Source: Terriglobia bacterium (GTDB lineage Bacteria; Acidobacteriota; Terriglobia; Bryobacterales; Bryobacteraceae). Taken from it: 64,000 nucleotides of DNA. Shown here in pieces: positions 1 to 9,944 of this stretch; positions within the stretch are counted from its first letter, which is position 1; every line of letters starts with the position of its first letter. The stretch covers positions 13,813-77,812 of the forward strand of contig CAWFUQ010000009.1 of assembly GCA_963819125.1 (NCBI GenBank), read 5' to 3'. A program made the translations under genes and the position numbers. The notes beneath the pieces are model-generated. The model was not told where the DNA came from. It saw only the letters and a program-made list of their open reading frames with translations, and searched no databases.

Positions 1-311
1 TTGGTTTTGGTCTTGAGATCCTTGCTGGAATGGATCGTGTCGTTGTTTTCGCTACCCAGGCTGTCGCGATAAAAGTATGTTTCGTGAGCGCCCTCGTAAA
101 CGAAATTCCGCTCCACGATGATGACGCCGTCGCGATCGCTGATGGTTACTGTGCCGGTCTGCACCACGGGCTCACCTGCGAATTCGCTCTTAGCAGGCTC
201 CAGCGTCCAGGTGCCGTTCAACTCCCGGTGATCGTAGGCGAACGCGCTGAGTGCGAATAGCAGCGTCGCCGATGCCACGGCCAACTTGATCGAAGTCGAG
301 TTTGTTTTCAT
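1..311 (-). CDS. secreted hypothetical protein, N-terminal part only (gene runs off the window start)
   Basis: ATG at 311 on the minus strand is followed by MKTNSTSIKLAVASATLLFALSAFA, a signal-peptide-like start. The frame stays open to position 1. It is absent from the ORF track because no stop lies in the window. Confidence 0.5.
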   Translation of the reverse strand, partial: MKTNSTSIKLAVASATLLFALSAFAYDHRELNGTWTLEPAKSEFAGEPVVQTGTVTISDRDGVIIVERNFVYEGAHETYFYRDSLGSENNDTIHSSKDLKTKT

Positions 312-329
312 GATGGGTTGCTCCTCAAA

Positions 330-986
330 TCAGCTCTGCGGGCGGCCCATTACGTCCGGAAGAAACTCGCGAACGATGTTGAATGCCGCGGTAAGCGCGA
401 ACGAGACGCCCGCATTCGTTCCGATTCCTCTGGCGCCTTCCCAACTTCGTGGTCCCCATATGCTGGAGAGCGCGCTCGCGCCCACCACGCCGCTGACGCT
501 GGAGATCGAAAACGCCTCATTGCCGTCCGGGTGGCGCGCCGTTACAGTCGAACGGACAGCGTAGCTGGTTCGGGCCCACACGCCGCGTTTATGCGATGCG
601 AAATATCGATTGTCTTCGTGAAACAGAATCGAGGTTCCGTAGGTGATGCTCTGGCGGATGCCGTTGTAGGCGAGGTTGCTCTCGGCGCGTTCCTCGAATG
701 CTCCCCAACCCTGGTGCCACTCTTTGGGGCGATCTTCCCATTGACCGATGCCCGCTCCAGCGATTTCCGCCAGCACCGGAACAGGCCCGATCACACTGAA
801 GAGATACAGATGGAAGCGCTTCTTCTCGGTCAATGCGCCGGATTCCGACGGGCTCACGATACCCATCACTTTCTCGATCAGATCCTCGTGGCGGACGACG
901 TCCGCGGTTGGCGCTGCCGCGGCGGGTAACACACTCTGCGCCGATGCCAGAGGCAAACACGTTAATAGAATTGCAATCGTTCTCAT
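330..986 (-). CDS. secreted hypothetical protein
   Basis: 218-aa ORF with a signal-like N-terminus (MRTIAILLTCLPLASAQS). Its ATG overlaps the stop of the upstream 983..1267 gene (ATGA). Confidence 0.6.
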   Translation of the reverse strand: MRTIAILLTCLPLASAQSVLPAAAAPTADVVRHEDLIEKVMGIVSPSESGALTEKKRFHLYLFSVIGPVPVLAEIAGAGIGQWEDRPKEWHQGWGAFEERAESNLAYNGIRQSITYGTSILFHEDNRYFASHKRGVWARTSYAVRSTVTARHPDGNEAFSISSVSGVVGASALSSIWGPRSWEGARGIGTNAGVSFALTAAFNIVREFLPDVMGRPQS

Positions 987-1267
987 AACGCTGAATGCCC
1001 CGCCGCAATATTCATGGATGAATCGAGCAGGCTCTGCAGTGAGTTCCTGATGATGCTGCGGGCGTCGCCTTTCGGAATGCAGGCGAGCGAGTCCTTCGCT
1101 TCGCGCAGGCTCAGACGATACTCGCCCGGCATCGCGCCCAGCAGATTTCGACGCGCCGCCTGCAAATGCTCCGACAATAATCCCAGCGGCCCCATACTGC
1201 GCTCCCCGGCATTGGTTCCGCCGAGATCGTCGATCAATTCATCTAGAGACTTCAAATGATGGTCCAT
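983..1267 (-). CDS. small hypothetical protein
   Basis: 94-aa ORF with a 4-nt ATGA stop/start overlap with the downstream gene, which suggests translational coupling. No recognisable domain. Confidence 0.5.
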   Translation of the reverse strand: MDHHLKSLDELIDDLGGTNAGERSMGPLGLLSEHLQAARRNLLGAMPGEYRLSLREAKDSLACIPKGDARSIIRNSLQSLLDSSMNIAAGHSAL

Positions 1268-1279
1268 ATAATTTCCTTG

Positions 1280-1564
1280 TCAGCAGTCCTTCGGATCCCC
1301 GCTCAACCACGGCGACGCGATCGACGGTTGAGCTCCGCGGTTCATCGCAACACCTTGCCGGACGTGCAGCCCATCCTGGTCGCTCCAGGTCGCCAGGTAG
1401 CACTTCGGGCAGAGCTGCAACTCTCGAACCTGGGGGCCTTCCGCATTCGTCTCGATCCGCTCCATTTCAACGCCACACTTCGGGCATTTCAGTTCGTCCA
1501 GCTCCAGGTCAGCGGCTGGAGGATTTGGCGCGGAGTTGTTCTGCGGCATGAAACCAATCCTCAT
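1280..1564 (-). CDS. small zinc-ribbon protein
   Basis: 94-aa ORF with paired CPKCG ... CPKC motifs. The start is uncertain (M at 1564 or 1549) and it overlaps the 3' end of the upstream gene. Confidence 0.5.
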   Translation of the reverse strand: MRIGFMPQNNSAPNPPAADLELDELKCPKCGVEMERIETNAEGPQVRELQLCPKCYLATWSDQDGLHVRQGVAMNRGAQPSIASPWLSGDPKDC

Positions 1565-1844
1565 CGGGCGATCCTTCGGGACAGCCTCTTTCCTGCCATA
1601 GTTTGTGAGCCAGAGCTACGATGTCGTCATGGCTAAACCGGTTTCGGTCGGCGGCTGCCGATTCGGTGTGCGCGTGCGCCCCGTGAAAGCGTTCCTCATC
1701 CTGCCGCGAATGTTCACTTCCGGTTAGGTGTTCGGCTTTGCCATGCTGTTCGGCCACGCGATGGGCATGCGCGGCAACATCGTGGAGTTCGGCTGCGCGC
1801 TGATGATTTTCGTAATGAGATCCGCTGTTATAACGGGTGGACAC
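1509..1844 (-). CDS. DUF2934-like protein with His-rich helical N-terminus
   Basis: The C-terminal LWQERGCPEGSPDEDWFHAAEQL matches the DUF2934 signature as I remember it. The N-terminus has HxxAAxxH repeats. Confidence 0.65.
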   Translation of the reverse strand: MSTRYNSGSHYENHQRAAELHDVAAHAHRVAEQHGKAEHLTGSEHSRQDEERFHGAHAHTESAAADRNRFSHDDIVALAHKLWQERGCPEGSPDEDWFHAAEQLRAKSSSR

Positions 1845-1846
1845 GG

Positions 1847-2044
1847 CTAGAGACTCCCGATCTGCCCCGACTTCGCGTGGGCTTCCTTGGCGAGTTTATA
1901 TGCATGATCTGAGTACTCGGGCGCACGTTCTGCGTGCCACTTGGCGGCGTCATGGTCACCTTTTTCGTTGTGCTCGGCGGCCGTCCGATGTGAACGTGCC
2001 GCAAGTTCGTGCTGCTCGGCCGCCTTCCGGTGTAAATCCTGCAT
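1847..2044 (-). CDS. small His-rich helical protein (paralog of the N-terminus of 1509..1844)
   Basis: 65-aa ORF (MQDLHRKAAEQHELAARSHRTAAEHNEKGDH...) that shares the H..AAE.H..AA..HR pattern with the neighbouring gene. There is a 2-nt gap to the next gene. Confidence 0.5.
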   Translation of the reverse strand: MQDLHRKAAEQHELAARSHRTAAEHNEKGDHDAAKWHAERAPEYSDHAYKLAKEAHAKSGQIGSL

Positions 2045-2297
2045 GGCATTTCTCCTCTATCGAAGCGTGGCCCACTTTCTTAATTGCACGAGTGCGGCCA
2101 ATTGTTTCGAGATCGAGAAAGGCCGCGCAGAAGCCGAGCGCACTTGAGCGCGACCGATGGTCATGACGACACGCGGTCGGGTTGACCATTAGCCGTTACT
2201 GGTGTGCCGCCACTTTTTCGCCAACCCGCGATTTGCTGAAGCACCGAATTGGACATCCGCGTGCCTTCAATACAGCAGCAATAAAGAAAAGGAAAAC

Positions 2298-2846
2298 ATG
2301 AAAACGTTTCAATCGTACCTAGTTGCCTTGTCGGCCCTCGCGATCAGTGCACTCACCGGATGCTCGACCACACCGACGAAATCAGCCGACATCGCTGACA
2401 GCCTTCGAGCTTCGCTCACTCAGGCAGGCTTCCAAGACGTCAAGGTGGATCAAGATCGCGATAACGGTGTCGTGACGCTCACGGGCCATGTCGCGGCGGA
2501 TGCGGATAAAGCGCAGGTCCAGTCGATCGCGCAGTCCATCGCGGTTGGGGAGGTGGTCTCGAATCAGGTCGCCGTGGTGCCGATCGGTGGTGAAAACGCC
2601 GCGAAAGCTGTAAACGCAGACCTCGATAAGGGGATCGAACAAAACCTCGACGCCGCCCTGATCGAAGCGCACCTACACGAACACGTGAAGTACGCGGTCA
2701 AGAACCACGTAGTGACGCTGACCGGCGAGGTCGACTCTGAAACCAAGCGTGCACGGGCACAAGCGGTAGCCGCCGCCGTCCTCAATGTGCAGCAGGTCGT
2801 CAACGAACTTCAGATCAAGGCACAGAAAGCCAGTTCGTCGAACTGA
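2298..2846 (+). CDS. BON-domain lipoprotein
   Basis: Internal start gives MKTFQSYLVALSALAISALTGCS (lipobox LTGC). Two BON-like units are present (VKVDQDRDNGVVTLTGHV; VKNHVVTLTGEVDSE...VQQVVNELQI). Confidence 0.8.
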   Translation: MKTFQSYLVALSALAISALTGCSTTPTKSADIADSLRASLTQAGFQDVKVDQDRDNGVVTLTGHVAADADKAQVQSIAQSIAVGEVVSNQVAVVPIGGENAAKAVNADLDKGIEQNLDAALIEAHLHEHVKYAVKNHVVTLTGEVDSETKRARAQAVAAAVLNVQQVVNELQIKAQKASSSN

Positions 2847-2890
2847 CCAAGCCGGCTGCAGCCGCAATTTGGGAATCGGAAACGGAAGGC

Positions 2891-3106
2891 GTGAGCATCA
2901 TGAGCGAGACAAATTTCGGGCACCCTGGAAACGAAGGCCCGGATCCGGGCAGCGTTCATCACGCTGTGCCTCAGGACCCGCGTCCTTACTGGAAGCGGGC
3001 TCACCACGATTGGAAAGTCTGGGTCGCTCTGTTTTTCATGCTTTTCGCGATGGCGATCTACATCTTGAGCGATGACTTGGCGTTCCTGCCACATCCATGG
3101 CGGTGA
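2891..3106 (+). CDS. small membrane protein
   Basis: 71-aa ORF with one hydrophobic helix (WVALFFMLFAMAIYIL). No known domain. Confidence 0.45.
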   Translation: MSIMSETNFGHPGNEGPDPGSVHHAVPQDPRPYWKRAHHDWKVWVALFFMLFAMAIYILSDDLAFLPHPWR

Positions 3107-3559
3107 GGTTATAGGACTCAGTTTCTGGCCTCAGTCTTGAGAATCAATAACATCTGGTTTTGGCAAATTGCGCAGCGCCGCTGGAAGTCGCCTATTTGCA
3201 ACCGGTCCTGGAAAGTTCGGTTGCGAGGTTTTGGCAAGGGATGATTGTCCACCGTTCCGAAGGTCCTTATTACTGAGCTTGAAGATTCCGAGATCCACTC
3301 TCTGCCAAAGTAACTCGTGTTCTTCCGAACGGATCGGGAGTCTAACAGCTAACCCGCGTCATCATTGACCGATCTTAGTCCGCGTGACCCTCGGCAGCTT
3401 CATTTTATGCATCGGTGGTCGCCATTGTCCCCGCGCCGGCGTCACGAGCCGCTCGGCCAGGCGCACCATCGTTTTTTTGAACTCCGCCGCGCAGCCGCGA
3501 TCGAATTCCCGCATGTCGCGCCGGTGAGTGCTGGGCTCGATTCCATCGCCGAATCGGGT

Positions 3560-4058
3560 CTATTCTGCGGAGACGGAAGACTCGCATTGTTTGGCAAGCG
3601 TGGGTCGGAGTTCCCGCCAGTCGTAGAACTTGCTGGCAGCGATATCGAGCCACACGATAAACCGCCCGGCGCCGATCTCGGTCTTCTCCGACCAGCGCCG
3701 GACAAAGTCAACGATCTGATCCCGCGTATCGTGCGGAACCCAGACCCCGGTCAGAGTTCCCCAAGCGTTTTTTTAGCGCGACGTGCGCCGCCATCAATTC
3801 GGCCAGGACCTCGTCCTTGGTCTGAATCTTCTTTTCCAGGTAGTCGATTCGTTGCTGCTCGGCGGAATGGTTGGGCCGCGCTTTCGGCTGAAAGGCAGCC
3901 GCTCCGTTCTCGAAGAACTCCTTCTGCCAGCGGTAGAATACCGTCGGCTAGAGGCCGTGCTTGTCACACAATTCTGAGATCGCAACCTGCTCCAACAGAT
4001 GCCGCCGCAGGATGGCGACTTTCTCTTCCGGCGTATAGTGCTTCCGTTGCTTCTTCAT
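3560..4058 (-). pseudogene. IS3-family transposase relic (orfA with in-frame stop, truncated orfB start)
   Basis: The minus strand from 4058 reads MKKQRKHYTPEEKVAILRRHLLEQVAISELCDKHGL*PTVFYRWQKEFFENGAAAF, with TAG at 3948..3950. A shifted frame then gives GELTGVWVPHDTRDQIVDFVRRWSEKTEIGAGRFIVWLDIAASKFYDWRE, which stops early. No catalytic DDE part is present. Confidence 0.7.
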
Positions 4059-4214
4059 GCGTTCGCTCCATTATCTTAATGGGGGAACGCTTTCTCCATT
4101 TCCAGCTGAACCGGAACAACTCCGCCGCTCGCCGGTTTGCTGCGTCGACGTGTTTTCGATCAGGTGTCCTGCGCCGTCACGAGAATTGTCGATACGGAAA
4201 GGATGACATGACCG

Positions 4215-4550
4215 TTATAAGAGTGAGGCTCGAATGGCTTCGTTCAGTTGAACACTGACATCGAAAGCGTCGTCGGTCCGTCGCGAGTGCCGGACCGTGC
4301 CAAGGTAAAACGATTCCTTCACGATGATTTGAATCACAGCTCCCACCATGAAGTCGCGTTTGGCGCGGACCTTCATTCCGAAGCGTGAGATTTCAACGAC
4401 CCGAGCCGGCATCGATGGACCGATGGTTTCAAGAGGGTTGAGGAGCTTGACGCGCGCTGGTGCATCGACTGGCAAACGCTGATGTTTGCGTCGGTCGGGT
4501 CCCCTGTAAGCCCCAGCTTCGATATAGGCACCAAGCAAATCGGCGGACAT
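4215..4550 (-). CDS. PilZ-domain protein
   Basis: 111-aa ORF with RRKHQR ... a beta-rich region and EISRFGMKV, resembling the RxxxR / (D/N)xSxxG PilZ pattern. Confidence 0.6.
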   Translation of the reverse strand: MSADLLGAYIEAGAYRGPDRRKHQRLPVDAPARVKLLNPLETIGPSMPARVVEISRFGMKVRAKRDFMVGAVIQIIVKESFYLGTVRHSRRTDDAFDVSVQLNEAIRASLL

Positions 4551-5086
4551 AAATTGAGCATGAGCCGCTTAGCTACTCGCAACAAGGGAGGAAGGTACTG
4601 GAAATGATGAACCTTCAGTTCTAAGGCGGCTGTTTCTGCTTTCGAGCGGTAATGTCCAGATGGAGTGTAATGCTCATTACGGGGGCGAACGGCTTCCGAC
4701 ACTTGCCAGTTTCGGAAAGGGCGCAAGCCATTTTGTCACTCGCTTTCAAGAAGGCTTCGGTTGCCGTAATCCTGGTTTCCCGTCGACTTACATGCCCCCG
4801 TGGTTCTGAACTGCACGAGTGCCCGTGCAGGTCTTGAGTGAACAGATATGAAACCTGAGGCGGAAGGTGACATGGAACGCCAAAGAGATCATGGGCCTCA
4901 CTGTGTTGCCTTATCCGTAAGAAGGCCTACAGCCACGCGAATGGATTGAGTTCATTGAATGGTACTTGCTCGGAGCCGAGACTATCGTTCAGCAGAACCG
5001 TTGTCGTCTGTTTGTCGCATGCATCTGGAGTCCCGGAATCTCGCACCCGGAACTGTGAAGCTCCGCCTTGGGGCCGTGCCCACTAA

Positions 5087-5737
5087 TCAGTACTCTTGGG
5101 ACACTTTGGACGTGCCAAGGATTCTGGCATACCGGGATGACCTCGACTCCCGCGGTTCCACCGTCACTACGAGCGCGGTTGTGCGCTTGGACCCCTGTCT
5201 GCGGTAGCCATGCGACACAGTGGAATCGAAGTAGATTGAATCGCCTTCCGAAAGCTCGTATTTGTCTGCTCCCACGCGCAGTTCCAGCCTCCCGGACAGA
5301 ACGTACAGGAATTCGATCCCAGGGTGTTCATGGGGCCGGATTCTTTCGTCGTCGATCGGTTCGAATGCGGCCAGGTAGGAATTCAGCGCGCGGTTGGGCA
5401 CCGGAAAGTCCAGGCTCTCGAAGTAGTAGGTGACTCTACGGGAGTCTGGTGAATCCGGAAAGCGCAGACGGTCCTTCTTGCGGACAATCTCCAACACGGG
5501 CTTGGGCTCCGGATTGAAGAAATACTCCAGCCCCACGCTGAACACCATGGCGATCCGCAACAGTGTAGGCAATGTGGGATACATCAAATCCCGCTCCAGT
5601 TTTGAGAGCAGCGCCGGCGAAAGACCGGTGTGTTTGCCTAACTCCACCAGGCCCATACTCTTGCGCAAGCGCAAATGCCGCAACTTGCTTCCGATCGCGT
5701 AGCTATTGAGACCCATGGTGATGGTGTCGGACGCCAT
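5087..5737 (-). CDS. XRE-family HTH plus cupin transcriptional regulator
   Basis: From the internal M (MASDTI...) there is an HTH (IGSKLRHLRLRKSMGLVELGKHTGLSPALLSKLERD) and a cupin (HEHPGIEFLYVLSGRLELRVG...GDSIYFDSTVSHGY). Confidence 0.8.
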   Translation of the reverse strand: MASDTITMGLNSYAIGSKLRHLRLRKSMGLVELGKHTGLSPALLSKLERDLMYPTLPTLLRIAMVFSVGLEYFFNPEPKPVLEIVRKKDRLRFPDSPDSRRVTYYFESLDFPVPNRALNSYLAAFEPIDDERIRPHEHPGIEFLYVLSGRLELRVGADKYELSEGDSIYFDSTVSHGYRRQGSKRTTALVVTVEPRESRSSRYARILGTSKVSQEY

Positions 5738-5897
5738 GACGAAGATCGTTTTCCTCCCAGTGCCCGTTTCCGGTGGAGTTTTTCCGCTCAGGAAAGTCAA
5801 CTTCCGGCTGTTCTTTACAGTAAAACACTTTTTCTCTAAGATCAAACTGTGCCCAAAAGAAATCGGCACTCGAGAAGTGAAAGGAAGCGTTCAAATC

Positions 5898-6137
5898 ATG
5901 AAGAAGCTTGACATACTCGCCGCCGCCCTAGTCATCATCGGCGCCCTGAACTGGGGCTTGGCCGGAGCATTCCATCTGGACCTGGTGGCGGCCGTGTTCG
6001 GTATGAAATTTGGCGAAACTTCCGCGCTCAGCACGGCGGTGTACAGCCTGGTGGGTCTGGCGGGGCTGTATCAGGCGCTGACATGGAAGTCGATTCAGCG
6101 CCGCTGGCATAGTGATCTGGCGTACGCCCAGGCGTAA
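5898..6137 (+). CDS. DUF378-family small membrane protein
   Basis: MKKLDILAAALVIIGALNWGLAGAFHLDLVAAVFG matches the DUF378 pattern. It lies divergent from the XRE-cupin regulator. Confidence 0.7.
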   Translation: MKKLDILAAALVIIGALNWGLAGAFHLDLVAAVFGMKFGETSALSTAVYSLVGLAGLYQALTWKSIQRRWHSDLAYAQA

Positions 6138-6179
6138 ATCTCTCTGAAGAAGTAAGACAGTTCAAAAAGGAGAAAAGAA

Positions 6180-6656
6180 ATGACACATTACTTGCCCATT
6201 CTACTGGCGGGAGTCTTGGCGATAACGATTGCCTCGTCTACTGCTTCCGCTGCCGACATCGTCGACACAGCGGTGGCCGGGAAATTCAATACACTCGTGG
6301 CCGCGGTGAAAGCCGCGGGGCTGGTGGATACACTGAAGGGTCCCGGCCCGTTCACAGTCTTCGCACCGACTGACGAAGCTTTCGCCAAGCTGCCGGCCGG
6401 CACGCTCGAATCCCTGCTCAAACCGGAGAACAAGGCCAAGTTGCAGAGCATCCTTACCTATCATGTGGTGGCGGGCACCGTGCTCGCAAAGGATGTGGTG
6501 AAGCTCCATTCCGCAAAAACCCTGGAAGGCCAGAACATCGCCATCAAAGTCGTGGATGGCGGCGTGATGGTGGACGCCGCTCATGTGACTAAGACCGACA
6601 TCGTGACCTCGAATGGCGTGATTCACGTCATTGATTCCGTTCTCTTGCCGAAGTGA
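6180..6656 (+). CDS. fasciclin (FAS1) domain protein, secreted
   Basis: An AAGGAG RBS lies upstream. There is a signal peptide and FAS1 motifs ([45 protein letters not shown]). Confidence 0.85.
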   Translation: MTHYLPILLAGVLAITIASSTASAADIVDTAVAGKFNTLVAAVKAAGLVDTLKGPGPFTVFAPTDEAFAKLPAGTLESLLKPENKAKLQSILTYHVVAGTVLAKDVVKLHSAKTLEGQNIAIKVVDGGVMVDAAHVTKTDIVTSNGVIHVIDSVLLPK

Positions 6657-8140
6657 AACGGAGGGGCAAGCTCATGCATCTGCTGACCGGCGCAACTGGA
6701 TACATTGGGGGACGTCTCTTAAGGCGCCTCGAAAGAGACGGTGTGGCAGTCAGATGTTTGTGCCGCAACCCGGAGGCGCTTGGTTGGCGTGTGGCTCCTG
6801 GCACCGAAGTGGTGCAGGGGGACCTGCTGCAGCCGGCGTCTCTGGGTGAAGCTCTCTGTGGCGTGGACACGGCCTTTTACTTAGTCCATTCCATGAACAG
6901 CGGTGAGGAATTCGAGGCCGAGGAGCGCAGGGCGGCTCATAACTTCGCCGTGGCCGCGCGCAAAGCAGGGGTGCGGCGGATCGTCTACCTGGGTGGGCTG
7001 GCGCACGGCAGGAGGCTCTCAGCTCATATGCGCAGCCGGGCTGAGACGGGCAACATTCTCCGCGCGAGCGGCGTTCCCGTGATCGAGCTTCAGGCCTCTA
7101 TCGTGATCGGATCCGGCAGCGCGTCTTTTGAAATGATACGAGCTTTGGTAGAGCGGCTTCCTGTAATGATCACTCCCCGCTGGGTGAATACGGCGGCACA
7201 ACCCATTGCCATCGAAGACGTAATCGACTACTTGGCGGCTTGCTTACGGCTGCCTGCGAACGGCAATCTGACGTTCGAAATCGGCGGCGAGGACATCACG
7301 TCCTACATGGGGATCATGCGCGAGTACGCGCGGCAGCGGAAATTGCGGCGCTGGATCTTGCGCGTGCCGTTCCTCAGTTTGTCGTTGTCGAGCCGCTGGC
7401 TCACTCTGATCACACCGGTCTATGCGGCGATTGGGCGATCTCTTATCGCGAGCGTCCGCAATCCGAGTGTCGTGCTGAACCATGCGGCCCTGGACGTCTT
7501 CGACATTCGGCCCATGGGGATCACGCGCGCGATCGAGCGGGCACTAGCCAACGAGGATCGCAGCATCGCGGAGACTCGCTGGTCCGACGCGCGCACGCCA
7601 GTCGCACTCTTGAGTGCGATCTCGCAGCCAAACACTCATCATCTTGTCAATAAACAGACAACGCGCGTACCGGTGAGTCCGGTTCAGGCATTCGCGCCGA
7701 TTCGTCGCATTGGAGGCCGCACCGGCTGGTACTTCGGCAATGCGCTGTGGAGGATTCGCGGCCTGATCGATTTGATGATGGGGGGCGTGGGGATGAGGCG
7801 AGGACGGCCCGATCCCGAGACTCCCTATCCGGGAAGCACCTTGGATTTCTGGCGTGTGGAATCCTACGAGCCCGGCCGGCGGCTTCGATTAGTTGCCGAG
7901 ATGAAGGTTCCGGGTCGCGCCTGGCTCGAGTTCCGCGCCAAGCCTGAAGGCGCCTCTACGGTGATTACGCAGCTGGCAGAATTCGAGCCGCGCGGTTTGT
8001 TCGGGATCCTGTACTGGTATCTTCTGATTCCTGTGCACGAAGTGATGTTCCGGGGAATGCTGCGGCGCATTACCGCCGCGGCGCTCGAGCCGAAGGAACA
8101 CGTTGAGCCGGTGAAGCTGACAGGAACGGGAGCGATCTGA
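6653..8140 (+). CDS. NAD(P)-binding SDR-like protein with C-terminal DUF2867-like domain
   Basis: Rossmann motif [14 protein letters not shown] (alternative start at 6674). The C-terminal part carries [28 protein letters not shown] ... LDFWRVE. Confidence 0.8.
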   Translation: MKRRGKLMHLLTGATGYIGGRLLRRLERDGVAVRCLCRNPEALGWRVAPGTEVVQGDLLQPASLGEALCGVDTAFYLVHSMNSGEEFEAEERRAAHNFAVAARKAGVRRIVYLGGLAHGRRLSAHMRSRAETGNILRASGVPVIELQASIVIGSGSASFEMIRALVERLPVMITPRWVNTAAQPIAIEDVIDYLAACLRLPANGNLTFEIGGEDITSYMGIMREYARQRKLRRWILRVPFLSLSLSSRWLTLITPVYAAIGRSLIASVRNPSVVLNHAALDVFDIRPMGITRAIERALANEDRSIAETRWSDARTPVALLSAISQPNTHHLVNKQTTRVPVSPVQAFAPIRRIGGRTGWYFGNALWRIRGLIDLMMGGVGMRRGRPDPETPYPGSTLDFWRVESYEPGRRLRLVAEMKVPGRAWLEFRAKPEGASTVITQLAEFEPRGLFGILYWYLLIPVHEVMFRGMLRRITAAALEPKEHVEPVKLTGTGAI

Positions 8141-8682
8141 TGACCATACGAGTTTTGGCGATGCTGGGAGTAGCGTTAACTGCGTCAGCCGCCGCACCGG
8201 TTGGCGAGCTGGCGGTTGGGGATCAGTTACCGCCGCTTAAGGGAGAATTTTTGAGCGTCCGCACCGCGGTTCTTCCGCAAGCTGCATCCGGCCGCGTGGC
8301 ACTGTTGATGCTCGGCTTCACTTACGACTCGCGGTTTCAGGTGGAAGCCTGGGCGAAGCGGTTTCGTCAGGACTTCGGAACCGAATCAGGCGTTACATTT
8401 TTCGAGATCCCCATGATCGGTGGCATGGCCAGGATGGGAAAGTGGTTCATCGATAGTGGCATGAGACGGAGCACGCCCAAAACGGACTACGAGAATGTCA
8501 TCACCGTCTACGGCGGCACGGATGTGTGGAAGCAGCGTGTGCGCTTAATCGACCCAAAGGCCGCATATCTCATATTGATCGATCAGCACGGCCGCGTCGC
8601 ATGGCGCAGTGCTGGGGATCTCAACGAGCAGCGCTACAGCGCGCTCTCGTCGGAGGTGTCGAGACTTCTTTCTGCGAACTGA
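8140..8682 (+). CDS. secreted thioredoxin-fold-like protein without CxxC
   Basis: The start overlaps the previous stop (TGATG). Signal peptide [19 protein letters not shown] is followed by a redoxin-like VGDQLPPLKG...GRVALLMLGF, but no catalytic Cys is present. Confidence 0.55.
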   Translation: MTIRVLAMLGVALTASAAAPVGELAVGDQLPPLKGEFLSVRTAVLPQAASGRVALLMLGFTYDSRFQVEAWAKRFRQDFGTESGVTFFEIPMIGGMARMGKWFIDSGMRRSTPKTDYENVITVYGGTDVWKQRVRLIDPKAAYLILIDQHGRVAWRSAGDLNEQRYSALSSEVSRLLSAN

Positions 8683-8685
8683 GCC

Positions 8686-9156
8686 ATGGGAATTTACACA
8701 CTCCATCGGGAATTGTGGGTACCGTACCCGTTGGCCACGGTCTTCGATTTCTTCTCCCGTGCCGAGAACCTGGAACAAATCACTCCCCCATGGATGCGCT
8801 TCCGGATTCTCACTCCGCTGCCCATCGTGATGAAGCGGGGATCCACCATCGCATATTCGCTGCACGTCCGAGGGATTCCGCTTCGCTGGTTGACGGAAAT
8901 AGAACACTGGAATCCACCTTTCGAATTTATCGATGTTCAGGTCAGGGGCCCATACAGGCTCTGGCGCCACACGCATCGGTTTTCGGAACGGCACGGTGGC
9001 ACGCTGATCGCGGATACCGTCGATTATGCTCTTCCGTTCGGATTGCTTGGCTGGCTGGTCCATCGCTTTCAGGTGGCGCGGGACCTCGGGCAGATATTCG
9101 ACTATCGTGCGCAGCAGGTTCAGGCACTGCTCCGTCGGCAACCAGGGAAGGCGTGA
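8686..9156 (+). CDS. SRPBCC-superfamily (cyclase/dehydrase-like) protein
   Basis: 156-aa ORF, 3 nt after the previous stop. The pattern WVPYPLATVFDFFSRAENLEQITPPWM...GPYRLWRHTHRF is typical of SRPBCC proteins that pair with SDR genes. Confidence 0.7.
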   Translation: MGIYTLHRELWVPYPLATVFDFFSRAENLEQITPPWMRFRILTPLPIVMKRGSTIAYSLHVRGIPLRWLTEIEHWNPPFEFIDVQVRGPYRLWRHTHRFSERHGGTLIADTVDYALPFGLLGWLVHRFQVARDLGQIFDYRAQQVQALLRRQPGKA

Positions 9157-9162
9157 TCCCGG

Positions 9163-9675
9163 ATGCGACTATGGTCCCTTCATCCCTCGTTACTGGACCG
9201 AGCAGGACTAGTGGCCTTGTGGCGCGAGGCACTGCTCGCCCAAGAGGTTTTGGCCGGAACAACCCGGGGCTACCGCCATCACCCACAACTCGATCGATTT
9301 CGACAATCCTGCAATCCTACCCGCGCCATCGCAAACTATCTGTGGAGTGTGGCTGACGAAGCGAAAGAACGCGGCTACCATTTCGACGTCTCAAAGATTG
9401 TGGCACCACGCGGAAGGATCAAAATTCCGGTCACCAAGGGACAGCTGGTATACGAACTCACGCATCTCAAACAGAAACTTCGTCGGCGTGATCCAAAGCA
9501 ATTGCAGTTAATCAGTAAACGCGAACCACTCAAGGCCAATTCAACATTCGAGGTGGTGGAGGGATTAATTGCACCTTGGGAGCGGACAGCGGAGGACCGT
9601 GCGCAGACGCATGCCAAAGAGAGTCGCACTCGTTCAGGCTCAAGTAACGATTTGCGGGCAATCCAGACAAGTTGA
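9163..9675 (+). CDS. pyrimidine dimer DNA glycosylase (DenV/Pyr_excise-like)
   Basis: MRLWSLHPSLLDRAGLVALWREALLAQEVLAGTTRGYRHHPQLDRF matches the family N-terminus as I recall it. Confidence 0.75.
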   Translation: MRLWSLHPSLLDRAGLVALWREALLAQEVLAGTTRGYRHHPQLDRFRQSCNPTRAIANYLWSVADEAKERGYHFDVSKIVAPRGRIKIPVTKGQLVYELTHLKQKLRRRDPKQLQLISKREPLKANSTFEVVEGLIAPWERTAEDRAQTHAKESRTRSGSSNDLRAIQTS

Positions 9676-9944
9676 AGCTGACCGAAGCGGGCCGTAATTA
9701 TCTGGTGCGCGATCGGCTGCACCTCTGACGGTTGCCAACAAACCGTCGATTGGGATTCGACGCGTTAGAGTTCCATTTTTGTCGAGGCAACAGCCCAACT
9801 CCGCATAAACTGAACCGTCTAAGCAGATAGGCTGGGTGAGATGACGAAGCTAGAGCCTCGGGTCGCCGCCGCACTGCTTTGCGTCTTCAGTCTTTCTGGG
9901 CAATCGCTGAAGGTGCGCCTCCCCGATGAGACCGCCGGTTTGGA

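Noticed and set aside
3365-4258. 297-aa plus-strand ORF.
   Set aside because: It is antisense to the recognisable IS3 transposase relic, and its translation is Arg/Pro-rich.
8526-9356. 276-aa plus-strand ORF overlapping three genes.
   Set aside because: It is out of frame with the redoxin-like, SRPBCC and glycosylase genes, all of which have recognisable motifs.
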